Shown piece by piece: positions 17,975 through 24,674 of a DNA stretch of 24,674 bases; position 1 is the first letter of the stretch; each line of letters opens with the position of its first letter. This stretch comes from a virus (taxonomy: Duplodnaviria > Caudoviricetes). The DNA is taken from positions 1-24,674 of IMG/VR virus record IMGVR_UViG_3300022921_000100. One strand, written 5' to 3'. Position numbers and translations under genes: made by a program. Below the pieces are notes generated by a model. The model ran no database searches and was not told where the DNA came from. It saw only the letters and a program-made list of their open reading frames with translations.

Positions 17975-18533
17975 AATTATCCTTTGTTAATATATTATTG
18001 TTATTTATAAACTCTGGAGCTTGCCTTTTCTTCCAATTAAACATTCTTTGTTTCTCACCATTATAGTAATTATGATAAGATTGTAATGAATTGCCAGGTA
18101 TTTTATACTCATCTGGCATTGCAGGAGTTGGTTCTGTAAATGGCACATCAGCAATATTAGTGGGTGGAGTCTTAAGAGCTTCAGCTAGTACTGTACACTT
18201 ATGTTCTTTTTCATAACGATAAGTATATTCCTTAAGCAATTCCATTAATAATGAATGTAACCATAAGTAATTTGCTTTTGATTGTCTTGTCCATACTGTT
18301 GATGGATGATTAATATGTGTAGCATGATAGAGCTGAGTTTCACGATAATCTGGTAGGACCCAGCGTTTAGCTTTCCTACCAGTTCGTGTATGCCCAATAA
18401 TTTCATGACCATCTAGATATCTATGCGCTGAAGATAATAGTTGACATGTTTCGACAATCATCTTAACACAATGTTTATCTACATGATACTGTGCACATAT
18501 TTGTGGATCTTCATGTAAGTAAAAAATATTCAT
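17961..18533 (-). CDS. Pyrimidine dimer DNA glycosylase-like protein (DenV-related)
   Basis: MNIFYL..HVDKHCVKMIVETCQLLS, HINHP..W, EYTYRY..H, PAMPDEYK. Confidence 0.8.
   Translation of the reverse strand: MNIFYLHEDPQICAQYHVDKHCVKMIVETCQLLSSAHRYLDGHEIIGHTRTGRKAKRWVLPDYRETQLYHATHINHPSTVWTRQSKANYLWLHSLLMELLKEYTYRYEKEHKCTVLAEALKTPPTNIADVPFTEPTPAMPDEYKIPGNSLQSYHNYYNGEKQRMFNWKKRQAPEFINNNNILTKDNYASV
18002..18009 (-). promoter_or_regulatory. T4-type late promoter TATAAATA for the fmdB-phoH-lysis genes
   Basis: + strand tatttata within the 3' end of the glycosylase gene, 27 nt before ATG 17974. Confidence 0.7.
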
Positions 18534-18539
18534 AATCTA

Positions 18540-18568
18540 ATTATATCAAAAAAGTTATTTAATGTAAA
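18540..18568 (-). promoter_or_regulatory. Sigma70-type phage early/middle promoter (copy 3)
   Basis: TTTACA-17 nt-TATAAT with extended -10. Confidence 0.8.
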
Positions 18569-18569
18569 A

Positions 18570-18980
18570 TTATTTAGCTTTTTCAAGAACAGGAACTATT
18601 CCAGCACCTTCTACAACTTTACGAGTAACCTTTTTATATAACTTATTAAGCTTTTGATCTTTAATGGCAAGAAGTATTTTAGCTTCTGATGGATGCACAT
18701 TCTCTAATAGCTCAATAAATAACTGCTCAAGACGCAATGGCTTAACATCTGTTCTTTGGAAAATATAAAGCTTTTTCATTTCCATTCTTAAGTTAACTGG
18801 TGACATACCTAATGGAGCAGCATCTTCTCTATACGGAGGATCTCCTTCAGGTAAGTTTAACTTTTTCTCAGGTATAAAAGCATATTCAAGCATAATTCTA
18901 ACTGCTTGATCATTAACATAATTGTTAATTGCTTTAGGATCTGCATTAATTTCTTCTAGTACTTCTGTTAAATACTTCAT
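18570..18980 (-). CDS. Conserved T4-like phage hypothetical protein (DUF6433-like)
   Basis: LPEGDPPY, RLEQLFIELLENVHPSEAKILLAIKDQKL; follows rnh. Confidence 0.75.
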   Translation of the reverse strand: MKYLTEVLEEINADPKAINNYVNDQAVRIMLEYAFIPEKKLNLPEGDPPYREDAAPLGMSPVNLRMEMKKLYIFQRTDVKPLRLEQLFIELLENVHPSEAKILLAIKDQKLNKLYKKVTRKVVEGAGIVPVLEKAK

Positions 18981-19877
18981 TTAAAACTCCTCGATGTCAT
19001 CAAGTAATAGTCGACATCTATTTTTAATTAAATAATCCATAATTTTCATCTTATCACCTTTAGGTTTACAGTTAGTGTATTCCTCAATGATAGAATTATG
19101 TATTTCTTTAGGTATATAATCAAAGTTCACTAACATAATATTACGTTGATAGTTTCTTTTTTCCTCATCAGTACGACAAGCATCTATACCTTGTTCATAA
19201 AACTCAACCAATCTTTTCTTCATCACTGGCTTCTGTCTTTCTTGATTAATGAATACATCATCTTTACTAAGGATGTTTGGTATACCATCACCACTATCAC
19301 CTTTTACAATATGAGTAACAATATATTCATCAATATCTTTTTGACTGGACTCAATAAATTTCTTTTGCATTGGAGACCATTGTCTTACATTTCTATTCTT
19401 TTGTAACTGTATAAAGTCTTTATCAGAAGAAACAATTAATACCTTTTGTGGTTCTTCAAATAAACCTTCAGTAAGCAATTCGTTCTCTTGACTATATTTA
19501 ACTAAAGCTGCAATCACATCATCAGCTTCTGCTTTATCTACATGTACAACCTTATATGGAAAATGTTCTTTAATATCTTCTCTTATTTGTGATAGAGTAT
19601 CAAAGATTAATTTCCAATCTAAGTCAGACTTTTCTCGATTAACTTTACGCATTGCTTTATAATTAGGAAAAGCATCTCTACGCCAGTATGATTTACCGTC
19701 ACACGCAATCACTACATCACCATATTCGGGAGCGTATTTCTTTTTATATGATTTAATGGTAGAGATTGTCGCATGACGGATCAAATCAACCGTTTGTTCA
19801 GGTGTATTATGTTTCAGATCATTCTGAAATGGTAATATATTTGATAAAGCAATTTGACTATAGTCAAGTATAATCAT
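18981..19877 (-). CDS. rnh: T4-type RNase H (5'-3' exonuclease)
   Basis: MIILDYSQI, IACDGKSYWRR..FPNYK..R, EADDVI, IVSSDKDFIQLQ, KGDSGDGIPN. Confidence 0.95.
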   Translation of the reverse strand: MIILDYSQIALSNILPFQNDLKHNTPEQTVDLIRHATISTIKSYKKKYAPEYGDVVIACDGKSYWRRDAFPNYKAMRKVNREKSDLDWKLIFDTLSQIREDIKEHFPYKVVHVDKAEADDVIAALVKYSQENELLTEGLFEEPQKVLIVSSDKDFIQLQKNRNVRQWSPMQKKFIESSQKDIDEYIVTHIVKGDSGDGIPNILSKDDVFINQERQKPVMKKRLVEFYEQGIDACRTDEEKRNYQRNIMLVNFDYIPKEIHNSIIEEYTNCKPKGDKMKIMDYLIKNRCRLLLDDIEEF

Positions 19878-20977
19878 TAGAATGCTCCTAATATTAAGCA
19901 GTCTTGATTAACTCGACCATTTACTGCAGATCCTTTAGTTTTCAAGTCATTAAATTGTTTATTCACTTCACGTTTAGCCATTTTTAAATCTTTAAAGAAG
20001 ACTTCAGGTTTACGTATTGTCTTAGCTTCTGATTTAGCAACACTATAGTTTATAATTGTTGTACCTTTTACTGTAAGCCCTGAGTTATCTTCAGCCTCAT
20101 ATTTAAATAGTTTTCTATTCTTAGTATTGTAAACATAGACCATATCAGCACCTACAATTCCTGCAGGATCAACTGATCTCATATTAAGTTCGTCAAACTT
20201 AACCATATATTTCATACGTTTGACAATAACACCTGGTGGTTTAGCTCTTATTGTTCTAGGTTTCTTGACAACAACTGCATGTTGTCGACATTCATCTACA
20301 ATAGACTGTAAGAAAGCAATAAACTTTTTAAGTTCTGCTTTAGTAAAGAAAGAATAACCTTCAACAAGCTGTTCACATTCACCTGCTAGAGCTTCCTGTG
20401 CTTCTTTTAAAGGATATTCATAGTAGTCTGCAATCTTCTTAGCAACAGCACCACTGGTACCATTTTTAAGTAAGAATGCTTTAGTGGAGAAGGAAGAAGC
20501 TTTGGTATTGATAAACGCATCAATGGCATAATCAATATCCTCACTTTGAGTCCGAGCCGCATCGATGATTCTTTGGTCAATCGATATAACGGGAGCTTTC
20601 GGCTTAGACTCTTCTACATCATCTTTAGCCTCTTCCTTCATAACTTTTAAATACTTTTCGTATGTTATGTTAATTGTTTGTTGTAATACTTTCATATGAT
20701 CATCAGATAGATAACCACCAGCATCTAATATCATAATGAGTTTACCTGCACTACCAAGTTCCCAATTAGCTGCTTTTGATAATATACTAGCTTTTGTTTT
20801 ATCTGTCTTTCTAACATAGTTAATAACTGCTTTAGAAAGAACTCTATCTTCTAGTTGATTGTATTGGCCAAGTGCGGCCATCAACGTTGATTGATAGTTT
20901 TCTTTAGTGACTATAGTTTTATCAGCACCTTTAAGCCGATTAGCCATAGCATGTGCTTTTGATTTAGATAACGCCAT
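19877..20977 (-). CDS. Conserved phage hypothetical protein (366 aa)
   Basis: Long ORF with SD GGAG and an upstream promoter; basic C-terminal domain YNTKNRKL..VKGTTI..KTIRKPE..NGRVN. Confidence 0.8.
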   Translation of the reverse strand: MALSKSKAHAMANRLKGADKTIVTKENYQSTLMAALGQYNQLEDRVLSKAVINYVRKTDKTKASILSKAANWELGSAGKLIMILDAGGYLSDDHMKVLQQTINITYEKYLKVMKEEAKDDVEESKPKAPVISIDQRIIDAARTQSEDIDYAIDAFINTKASSFSTKAFLLKNGTSGAVAKKIADYYEYPLKEAQEALAGECEQLVEGYSFFTKAELKKFIAFLQSIVDECRQHAVVVKKPRTIRAKPPGVIVKRMKYMVKFDELNMRSVDPAGIVGADMVYVYNTKNRKLFKYEAEDNSGLTVKGTTIINYSVAKSEAKTIRKPEVFFKDLKMAKREVNKQFNDLKTKGSAVNGRVNQDCLILGAF

Positions 20978-21008
20978 TAATTGCTCCCATAATTAATATA
21001 ATATAGAT

Positions 21009-21037
21009 ATTATACACTAAACTCGATTTAATGTACA
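21009..21037 (-). promoter_or_regulatory. Sigma70-type phage early/middle promoter (copy 4)
   Basis: TGTACA-17 nt-TATAAT. Confidence 0.8.
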
Positions 21038-21042
21038 ATAAT

Positions 21043-21294
21043 TTATTCGGCTTTAGTAATATTTTGATACATCACCTCAAATTCTTCATGCTCAGCAACC
21101 TCTTCTTGGAAGTTCTGCTTATGATGAACTTTAATCATTTTATTAATGGTTTTTCTTGGAATTTTATAGTTGTCATTTAAATCATCAACTATATGTTTGA
21201 TCATATCACGTTCTGCATCGATACGTAATAATGAGTTTGACGCCTCTTGTAAGGCTTCTTTGATTTTCTTTTTATCTTCACTTAATAATTGCAT
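21043..21294 (-). CDS. dsbA: T4-type dsDNA-binding protein DsbA
   Basis: IKEALQEAS...IK.I...KMIKVHHKQNF...E..Y pattern. Start moved to ATG 21294 (SD AGGA). Confidence 0.8.
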   Translation of the reverse strand: MQLLSEDKKKIKEALQEASNSLLRIDAERDMIKHIVDDLNDNYKIPRKTINKMIKVHHKQNFQEEVAEHEEFEVMYQNITKAE

Positions 21295-21314
21295 AGTATT
21301 TCCTGTAATAAACA

Positions 21315-21575
21315 TTATAATATAGCAGCAATATCATTTTCACTAATCATAATACGCTGTCCTTCTTTTAGAGTAACAACTTTACCTTTACTCCAATCTA
21401 ATAATACAATATCATCAACAACAACTTCGGTACAATCTGGCCCTACTGCTAAAACTTTTGCCTTTTTAGATTCTCCTACACCCTGGTTGCTTTCAATAAT
21501 AATGCCTGATTCAGTAACTTTATTAATAGCAAGCTCTGCTAATAATACATTTTTCTTCAATGGTTTAATAATCAT
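21315..21575 (-). CDS. groES: Co-chaperonin GroES-like
   Basis: IKPLKKNVL, TESGIII, KVLAVGPD, ISENDIAAIL. Confidence 0.88.
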   Translation of the reverse strand: MIIKPLKKNVLLAELAINKVTESGIIIESNQGVGESKKAKVLAVGPDCTEVVVDDIVLLDWSKGKVVTLKEGQRIMISENDIAAIL

Positions 21576-21853
21576 AAATTTACTTTCTTAATTGAGTCCC
21601 ACCTGAAAGATCTCCAGGCAGTTTTTTCTAGGTCAAAGACACGCAGCGCTTCTTTGGAAACGGTTTCAGTAGAGCTGGTATCTCCTGTTCCTTGAGGTAC
21701 ATGTTCTCCGGGAATTCTGGAAGTTGAGAGTGTGCAGAGCATTGCTCTTTCAGTTCCGTCCCTTTTGGTGAAAGTAACGCTGACTTCATTTTCTTGTAAT
21801 TTAGCCCTAAGTAAGTTCTTAAAATTGTCTGTTGTAAAATCATAATTCTCCAT
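21572..21853 (-). CDS. DUF2693/WYL_2-like SH3-barrel protein (93 aa)
   Basis: VTFTKRDGTERAMLCTL...VFDLEKTAWRSFRWDSI. Start moved to ATG 21853 (SD GAGG). Confidence 0.8.
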   Translation of the reverse strand: MENYDFTTDNFKNLLRAKLQENEVSVTFTKRDGTERAMLCTLSTSRIPGEHVPQGTGDTSSTETVSKEALRVFDLEKTAWRSFRWDSIKKVNL

Positions 21854-21875
21854 AATATACCTCAAAGTTAATAAT

Positions 21876-21964
21876 AAAAAAGTTCTGCACAACTCCGTCG
21901 AGTCTGACCCGCGGAAACAGTTCCGGAATATGTCCGCATGTATGTATTAAGTGGCGCAGAACTT
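21876..21964 (-). ncRNA. Candidate structured RNA (three-way junction followed by a U-run)
   Basis: GC-rich intergenic island. P1 AAGUUCUGCGC/GUGCAGAACUU, P2 GCGGA/UCCGC, P3 GACUC-GACG-GAGUU. Confidence 0.6.
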
Positions 21965-22256
21965 ATTCTTCACCAAAGCCAGGACCCCAAGGGTGCGGAT
22001 CCATGGATGCTACTATTTCTTCTTTGATAGGTTCATCAAAGATCCAACCGCTTTCTTGTAATTCTTCACGATTACGTGGATCAGCCATGTGCTTATCTAA
22101 GAATAATAATTGTCTCAATATCTCTTTTAATGGTTCCCCGTTCATACGTAAACGGAAACCATATATGTCTTTATGATAATCTGATAGTGTAGTTACAAGC
22201 TCGTCGTAACTATATTTTTTATAAAATTTAAGTGATTCTTTTGCACTAAAACTCAT
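21963..22256 (-). CDS. Hypothetical early protein (97 aa, SDYHKDIYGFR motif)
   Basis: Start moved to ATG 22256 (SD AAGGAG); the longer ORF-track start would run through the promoter. Confidence 0.75.
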   Translation of the reverse strand: MSFSAKESLKFYKKYSYDELVTTLSDYHKDIYGFRLRMNGEPLKEILRQLLFLDKHMADPRNREELQESGWIFDEPIKEEIVASMDPHPWGPGFGEE

Positions 22257-22287
22257 AATCCATCTCCTTTGTTTACCATTTATATAC

Positions 22288-22316
22288 ATTATATACTGTT
22301 TTCTAATTAATGTAAA
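22288..22316 (-). promoter_or_regulatory. Sigma70-type phage early promoter (copy 5)
   Basis: (G)TTTACA-17 nt-TATAAT; GTTTAC matches the T4 early -35. Confidence 0.82.
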
Positions 22317-22324
22317 CAGTTTTA

Positions 22325-22352
22325 TGTAATTAAATTGTAACAAATTTGTAAC
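22325..22352. repeat. Three TGTAAY direct repeats at 11-bp period (OmpR/PhoB-type box-like)
   Basis: TGTAAT 22325, TGTAAC 22336, TGTAAC 22347. Confidence 0.6.
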
Positions 22353-22374
22353 ACTATTACTAACATATAATAGT

Positions 22375-22403
22375 ATTATATCAAAATTATGAATTAATGT
22401 ACA
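22375..22403 (-). promoter_or_regulatory. Sigma70-type phage early/middle promoter (copy 6)
   Basis: TGTACA-17 nt-TATAAT with extended -10. Confidence 0.8.
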
Positions 22404-22504
22404 ATAATATTTGCGATGAATTCAGCTATGAATTCAATCAATTTCCAGAAACTAATAATTAATAAAACATACCAAACTGCCGATTTTAGCGTTTTCATTA
22501 ACAT
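22394..22504 (-). CDS. Possible 36-aa hydrophobic peptide
   Basis: MLMKTLKSAVWYVLLIISFWKLIEFIAEFIANIIVH*; fills a gap but has no clear SD. Confidence 0.35.
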   Translation of the reverse strand: MLMKTLKSAVWYVLLIISFWKLIEFIAEFIANIIVH

Positions 22505-22514
22505 TGTTGGTGAA

Positions 22515-22537
22515 ACAGGGTAGACTACCTACCCTGT
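22515..22537 (-). terminator. Hairpin over the stop codon of the small basic protein, weak U tail
   Basis: ACAGGGTAG-gtagt-CTACCCTGT, a perfect 9-bp stem, then TTC. Confidence 0.55.
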
Positions 22538-22671
22538 CCTCGATATTTTTTAAAAGATGCTTTCTTATTTTTATTCATAGTCTGCATCTTTGGTTTACGC
22601 CCACCTTGACTTGTCCTTTTTAAGACTGGTTCGTGAGCTACTTTAATTGCTGAGTTTGTTTTCTTTGCCAT
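22525..22671 (-). CDS. Small very basic protein (48 aa) ending KKYRGQGR
   Basis: Not in the ORF track. MAKKTNSAIKVAHEPVLKRTSQGGRKPKMQTMNKNKKASFKKYRGQGR*; SD AAGG and its own late promoter. Confidence 0.85.
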   Translation of the reverse strand: MAKKTNSAIKVAHEPVLKRTSQGGRKPKMQTMNKNKKASFKKYRGQGR

Positions 22672-22697
22672 AGTAATAACCTTTCAATTGAAAAGTT

Positions 22698-22705
22698 TAT
22701 TTATA
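22698..22705 (-). promoter_or_regulatory. T4-type late promoter TATAAATA
   Basis: + strand tatttata, 26 nt upstream of ATG 22671. Confidence 0.8.
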
Positions 22706-23038
22706 TTACTTGTCAGCAGCTTTCTTAGCAGTGAATGCTTGTCCACCAAAGAATGCAGCTACAATCGCAGCAACAGAAACAAAATATGTTGCAGCCATAT
22801 CGCCTAGAATTTTAGCTGCACTATCTAAACCTAATAATACTGCAAGTACAACAGCAAATGGATAGAGTAGCATACCAAATAATGCAAACCATGCCATGTT
22901 TCTTTGTGCATCTCTCATTGCATCTTGGTCTTCTAATTCTTTTCGTCTAAATTCCAGATACATTTTTTGTTCTTCAGGTGAAACTACTCCATCACCATTT
23001 GTATCTGCTGGGTGAAACCCCTTTACATCTTCAGCCAT
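22706..23038 (-). CDS. Membrane protein with an N-terminal EF-hand-like loop and two TM helices
   Basis: DTNGDGVVSPEE fits DxNxDGxxxxxE; two hydrophobic stretches; SD GGAG. Confidence 0.8.
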   Translation of the reverse strand: MAEDVKGFHPADTNGDGVVSPEEQKMYLEFRRKELEDQDAMRDAQRNMAWFALFGMLLYPFAVVLAVLLGLDSAAKILGDMAATYFVSVAAIVAAFFGGQAFTAKKAADK

Positions 23039-23050
23039 AATAATCTCCCG

Positions 23051-24673
23051 TTATTTGCTTGTTGCTTTATATGTACCGTCCCAATCTTTAGGACAACCTC
23101 CATTCAACCGTTCTAGCATATTTGTATAATATTGTTTCAATTCAGAATTTGCTTTCACTAAGTGTTGAATCATAACAATCGCTGTATCCCATTGACCTGC
23201 ATAATACGCTCTTAAATATTTCTTATGAGCAGTTATGTCTGCAATGTTAGCAATTGTATATACCTTAACCCCTACAGTTTTACCTTTAACTGCAATGGTA
23301 TCTAACTCTATTACTGTATATTTATCTTTTACAAGTTTTGCAGTGCCTTCTCCAAGGATAATTCTAACACCGTATGTCTTAGATTGTCCTTCAAGTCTTG
23401 ATGCTAGATTAACTGCGTCACCCAGGCATGTATAGTCGAACCTTTGAGTACTACCCATATTCCCAACGATGACACTGCCGGTATTAATGCCCAATCCCAT
23501 TCCGAATGGTGGGATACCTTCTTTAGAAATTTCTTGATTGAATTCATCTAAGTCCCCTAACATTTGTAAACCAGTCTTAACTGCATTAATCGCATGATCC
23601 TTATCATCTAATGGAGCATTCCAAAATGCCATCTGTGCATCACCAATATATTTGTCTAATGTCCCATTATTATCTAATATCTTTTGAGTCATTGCTGTCA
23701 TATATCGATTCATGATCTCGGTTAAACCTTCAACGTTATCTCCATAGTGTTCTGATATTGTTGTAAATCCTCGAACATCAGTAAACATTATAGATAGATC
23801 TCTTCTTTCACCACCAAGTCTTAATAACTCAGGATTCTTTTGTAGTTTTTCTACAAGAGCTGGTGATAAGTATGTACCAAATTGTTTCTTAATTTGTAAT
23901 TTTTGATTAAGTTCTGTTATGAATTTAACAGTATAGCTATGTAGATATACAATAGCAAGAGCCAAAATACCGTAAGATATATCGACCAGTGCGGAGGATT
24001 GTGCAAAAAGTGTATTGCCACTATAATACATAAGAATCCCAATGAAAATAATACCAAAGTAACCATGTTTCCACCTCGTTAAAAATATCGCAATAATGCC
24101 AAGCACTAACCATGCAAGTATCTCAGCTCCGTCTGCCCAGTCTGGTCGTTGTATATTAACACCATTTGCAAGCGTTCCTATCACTGCAGCCTGAACATCT
24201 TGTGGCCATAGACCACCAATCGCAGTCGGTAAAGGATTAGCTAAACCTGCTGCCGTTACTCCAACAATAACTATACCACCATCAAAGTCTTTTGGTAAAT
24301 CTACTGCTGAAAATGATTTTGATTTTTGACTATAATCTATCCATATTCGACCTAACGCATCAGTTGATAATTGACCAACCGCAGGTATCCTCATCTTTTC
24401 TATACCACCTTCAAACAATTTAACCTGTATAGTAGAATCGCCAACTGCAACTCTTAATGTTTCAAGTGATAAGCTTGGATAGATCTTTTCATTATATGTT
24501 ATAACTAATGGGATTCTTCGATTGACACCATCAATTTCAGATAGCATATTAGTAATACCGATACCAGCTGCAGCATTTTCTAATTCAGGTATATTTGCTA
24601 TAATGCCTGGATATTGGATAATCATATCAGAAAACTGTGCATTAATAACTGCAGAACCTGGTGCTTTTGGATT
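23051..24673 (-). CDS. CHASE2-domain transmembrane class III adenylate cyclase (5' end outside the window)
   Basis: Frame stays open past 24625 to the window edge. DGVNRRIPL..PSLSLE..IVIVG (CHASE2), three TM helices, FTDVRGFT, LDKYIGDA, DYTCLGDAVNLASRLE. Confidence 0.92.
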   Translation of the reverse strand, partial: NPKAPGSAVINAQFSDMIIQYPGIIANIPELENAAAGIGITNMLSEIDGVNRRIPLVITYNEKIYPSLSLETLRVAVGDSTIQVKLFEGGIEKMRIPAVGQLSTDALGRIWIDYSQKSKSFSAVDLPKDFDGGIVIVGVTAAGLANPLPTAIGGLWPQDVQAAVIGTLANGVNIQRPDWADGAEILAWLVLGIIAIFLTRWKHGYFGIIFIGILMYYSGNTLFAQSSALVDISYGILALAIVYLHSYTVKFITELNQKLQIKKQFGTYLSPALVEKLQKNPELLRLGGERRDLSIMFTDVRGFTTISEHYGDNVEGLTEIMNRYMTAMTQKILDNNGTLDKYIGDAQMAFWNAPLDDKDHAINAVKTGLQMLGDLDEFNQEISKEGIPPFGMGLGINTGSVIVGNMGSTQRFDYTCLGDAVNLASRLEGQSKTYGVRIILGEGTAKLVKDKYTVIELDTIAVKGKTVGVKVYTIANIADITAHKKYLRAYYAGQWDTAIVMIQHLVKANSELKQYYTNMLERLNGGCPKDWDGTYKATSK

Positions 24674-24674
24674 G

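Noticed and set aside
12743-21304. Identical 13-nt start regions AGGAAATACTATG at gp32 and dsbA (also GAGGTATATTATG at gp16 and the DUF2693-like gene)
   Set aside because: Mostly SD plus ATG with a short AT-rich spacer; plausible by chance or RBS preference.
21876-21964. Structured element as a tRNA, hammerhead, c-di-GMP-I or glutamine (glnA) riboswitch
   Set aside because: No cloverleaf or TΨC arm, no CUGANGA/GAAA core, no GCAAAC/GACGCAAAG motifs and no AGUA/GAA E-loop on either strand by eye; kept as an unclassified RNA.
22257-22343. ORF-track N-terminal extensions (also 16771-16821, 16967-17002, 21295-21315, 21854-21892)
   Set aside because: They overlap promoters, RNA structure or upstream genes, and the downstream ATGs have clear SD sequences.
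1291-23435. Other short ORF-track entries (1291, 4248, 4888, 8152, 8878, 10025, 12408, 13910, 15409, 17790, 19146, 21289, 21628, 23235)
   Set aside because: They lie antisense or out of frame within well-supported genes and show no recognisable motifs.
1-24674. Stop-codon recoding, introns, inteins or homing endonucleases
   Set aside because: Core genes are full length in the standard code with no visible insertions; the TnsA-like fold of gp4 is normal for that gene.

Overview
AT-rich segment of a large T4-like myovirus genome in the standard genetic code, with no tRNA, rRNA, CRISPR or IS element seen. Bases 1-11.8 kb are a virion morphogenesis block split by back-to-back T4-type late promoters at about 6.7 kb. 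Leftward lie gp48, gp53, a gp27-like hub, gp5, a gp5.1-like protein and a beta-roll repeat fibre; rightward lie gp4, gp2, gp54, gp16, gp26/gp51 and a tape-measure-like protein. Bases 11.8-24.7 kb are all on the minus strand: a CHASE2 adenylate cyclase, an EF-hand membrane protein, small proteins, a DUF2693/WYL_2-like protein, GroES, DsbA, RNase H, a DenV-like glycosylase, an FmdB-like protein, PhoH, a holin/GH19/lipoprotein lysis cassette, an exonuclease, a SleB-like hydrolase, a ClpP-like protease, gp33, gp59 and gp32. Best leads: (1) a T8 slippery site that would fuse gp26 to a start-less gp51 by -1 frameshift just before the tape measure; (2) a GC-rich three-way-junction RNA directly upstream of the DUF2693/WYL_2-like gene; (3) a gp5 with a gutted lysozyme and a C-terminal M15 peptidase; (4) a phage-encoded transmembrane adenylate cyclase next to an EF-hand protein; (5) six aligned phage-specific sigma70-type promoters, one preceded by an 11-bp-period Pho/OmpR-like box. 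All family calls come from motif recognition by eye, not from database searches.
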